A stretch of 53,929 nucleotides of DNA, counting the filler, from Jimgerdemannia flammicorona (Eukaryota), in assembly GCA_003990765.1 (NCBI GenBank). It is 3 parts of 3 records of this genome, joined end to end, with 100 filler letters (N's around TTAATTAATTAA, not from the genome) between each part and the next. Parts side by side here need not be neighbours in the genome. Positions count along the whole stretch, not along the records: positions 36,024 to 53,929 come from RBNJ01002367.1; 2 more parts are not named here. One strand, 5' to 3'. The position numbers and the translations under genes were made by a program. Under the pieces are notes generated by a model, which saw nothing but the letters and a program-made list of their open reading frames with translations, was not told the DNA's origin and made no database searches. Shown here in pieces: positions 52,123 through 53,929 of this stretch; position 1 is the first letter of the stretch, and every line of letters begins with the position of its first letter.

Positions 52123-53574
52123 ATGGTCCTCTCCACAAATTCCTGCCTTTTGTGTCGATACGACCCTTCCCATATGTCGAAGGGCCAACACGACCTGGGC
52201 TCCGCCTCCTGCCCTTTCCGCTCGGACGTTAATTTCATCGAGCGTGTGCTCCGTTTTCTGCAAGACGACCTGGAATCTGATAGCGAGAACCCTGACATTG
52301 CTATCCTCGTGGATTATCTCACCACCCTCCCTGACCACTCTACTTCCGCACCCCGCCGAATCACGCGTCTATCGGCGCGTGCCGCATCCAAGGCTCCTAC
52401 TAGCGCTACGGCGGCCGGACCGGCTTTTTTCAGCACACCGGCCTCTGATGTTTCCATCGAAGCCAGCGTTGCTCAGCTCCAAGAGCATGCATCCGCGCAA
52501 GACTGTCGGTTCGATGAACTTTTTCAGCTCTTATGCTCTCGCCCCGACATCGTATCTTCGGCGGCACCGGCTAGTGCAGTTCCTGCCGTTTCTGGTCAAG
52601 ACGCGTCTCCCATCATCGATCAAGCCTTTATCGATCGCGCTACTGCTTCTCTTTTGGCGGTTCTCGCACCCCCATCCTCATCCCAGCCCTTACTGACTAT
52701 CCCTTCAGTTCGGTCCACCAGCATTCACGGCCCTGCCGGTAATCCCCAGGGTGAGTCCATCCCTATACCTCCTTCTGTCGTCTCTACCCATACCGTTGTC
52801 CGAGGCGTCAATCTCTCTTTAAAATACGCCCATGTTAATCAACGGCTGTTGGCCGCAGTCGTCGACAATTCGTTCACCGCCGTGTCGCTCGGCCGTTTCT
52901 TAGAGCGAAACGTCGTTTCTATCGGTGGTCTTCCTGATGCTCAATTCATCGAAACGTTTGACGAATCGGGTGCCCGGATCATTCTTCGAAAGCCGCCATC
53001 CCTTATCAAAGATCTTCCGGACATCCCTGCTTTCCTCGCCGCCCTGCTTACGTATTTCAGTGTTCTTCATGACGCGTACCCGGGCCTCACCGATCCTACT
53101 CCATTCTTTTCATACGCCGTGGATTTTATTTTACTATCAACGTCATCGTATTGGTCCGCGCTTCTCGATTATCATGTCTCCTTTCACACAAAACGACTGG
53201 CGGAGATTGCGAACGACGGTGTTTCTTTGGTATGGTGCGAGCACTGGGCCCGGCGCGACCCCGACCTCTTTATGATCCTTAGTCTACATCAACGTCCGCG
53301 AACTCCGACCTCTACATCTAATCCGCTTAAGCCCTTTAAGTCTCGCAACGTACAACGGGGGCTACGTCTTACTGATGGCTCCTCTGCTCCATCTACCGAG
53401 AAAGCCTCTCAACGGTCTACTTGTCGGGCATACAACGGCGTTCTATTCGATGGATCACCCATGAAGGATCCTGGGTGCAATAGAAAAGGATGCCCTTATG
53501 TGCATTCCTGTTCTCGCTGCAATGGTGATCATCCGTGGTATCGATGCTCCCACAATCCATCCTCTCGCCCCTAG
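52123..53574 (+). CDS. Gag-like ORF1 (483 aa) of Ngaro/DIRS-like element
   Basis: Intact ORF with N-terminal CxxC...H...C and a C-terminal Cys/His finger. Confidence 0.82.
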   Translation: MVLSTNSCLLCRYDPSHMSKGQHDLGSASCPFRSDVNFIERVLRFLQDDLESDSENPDIAILVDYLTTLPDHSTSAPRRITRLSARAASKAPTSATAAGPAFFSTPASDVSIEASVAQLQEHASAQDCRFDELFQLLCSRPDIVSSAAPASAVPAVSGQDASPIIDQAFIDRATASLLAVLAPPSSSQPLLTIPSVRSTSIHGPAGNPQGESIPIPPSVVSTHTVVRGVNLSLKYAHVNQRLLAAVVDNSFTAVSLGRFLERNVVSIGGLPDAQFIETFDESGARIILRKPPSLIKDLPDIPAFLAALLTYFSVLHDAYPGLTDPTPFFSYAVDFILLSTSSYWSALLDYHVSFHTKRLAEIANDGVSLVWCEHWARRDPDLFMILSLHQRPRTPTSTSNPLKPFKSRNVQRGLRLTDGSSAPSTEKASQRSTCRAYNGVLFDGSPMKDPGCNRKGCPYVHSCSRCNGDHPWYRCSHNPSSRP

Positions 53575-53929
53575 GAACTCGCCCCCGTTTATTCTTTACA
53601 CATACCCCCGGCCGCTCCAAATACCCTACTCCGTCGCCCATTTACCGCCCCTCTCAACGAAGCGGCTCAAGACATTCTACGTCGTTTTCCTCTTCCTTCT
53701 TCCGCTCTTCGCCCTGTCGCGTGGGCGCGTGAGCTCCAGTCGTATCCTGCCCCGCGGGTAGCTCAGGCTGCCATCGCCGCTATTACTCAAGGCGCTCTTC
53801 TCGGCTTTGATGGGCCTCGTCGGCGCCTGCTGTCCTATAATCATCGCTCCGCTCTCGACCACCCGGAAGCGATCACGTCTGACATTGAGCGGGAAGTCGC
53901 CGCCGGTAGAATTTGTGGCCCGTTCTCAT
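53575..53929 (+). CDS. N-terminus of pol (RT) ORF, partial
   Basis: 118 open codons in the same frame as ORF1 directly after TAG; no ATG. Confidence 0.75.

Larger units (their letters stand above)
51860..53929 (+). mobile_element. Young tyrosine-recombinase-type retrotransposon (Ngaro/DIRS-like), 5' part
   Basis: Abrupt switch to CpG-rich DNA. Gag-like ORF ends in CRAYNG...C...CPYVHSCSRCNGDH...C, followed by LRPVAWARELQSYP...GFDGP...NHRSALDHP...EVAAGRICGPF, typical of the region preceding Ngaro/DIRS RT. The RT core and recombinase lie outside the window. Confidence 0.8.

Overview
Eukaryotic, most likely fungal DNA (spliceosomal introns, LaeA-type methyltransferases; a Mucoromycota/Endogonales-like source is my inference). 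It consists of three contigs joined by artificial N-TTAATTAATTAA-N linkers. A ~9 kb CpG-rich gene island (18.0-27.0 kb) holds two SAM-dependent methyltransferase genes flanking an intronless CDC123/R2K-like ATP-grasp gene. The rest is nested transposons decayed by C>T/G>A transitions: several Ty3/gypsy families (two with dUTPase), Ty1/copia remnants, two nested L1-like LINEs, a 1.2 kb poly(A) retroposon, MITEs, a young palindrome-capped (possibly Penelope-like) element and a young Ngaro/DIRS-like element whose gag and pol are separated by one in-frame TAG. The most notable signal is an uncharacterised accessory protein family shared by three LTR-retrotransposon families. It sits as an ORF3 after integrase in one family and inside the U3 of long LTRs in the other two, so solo LTRs carry a promoter plus gene. 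A Cys/His module (GxCPHGIxMYC...CxxC) also recurs in three gypsy polyproteins. All alignments were done by eye, and boundaries marked ~ are approximate.
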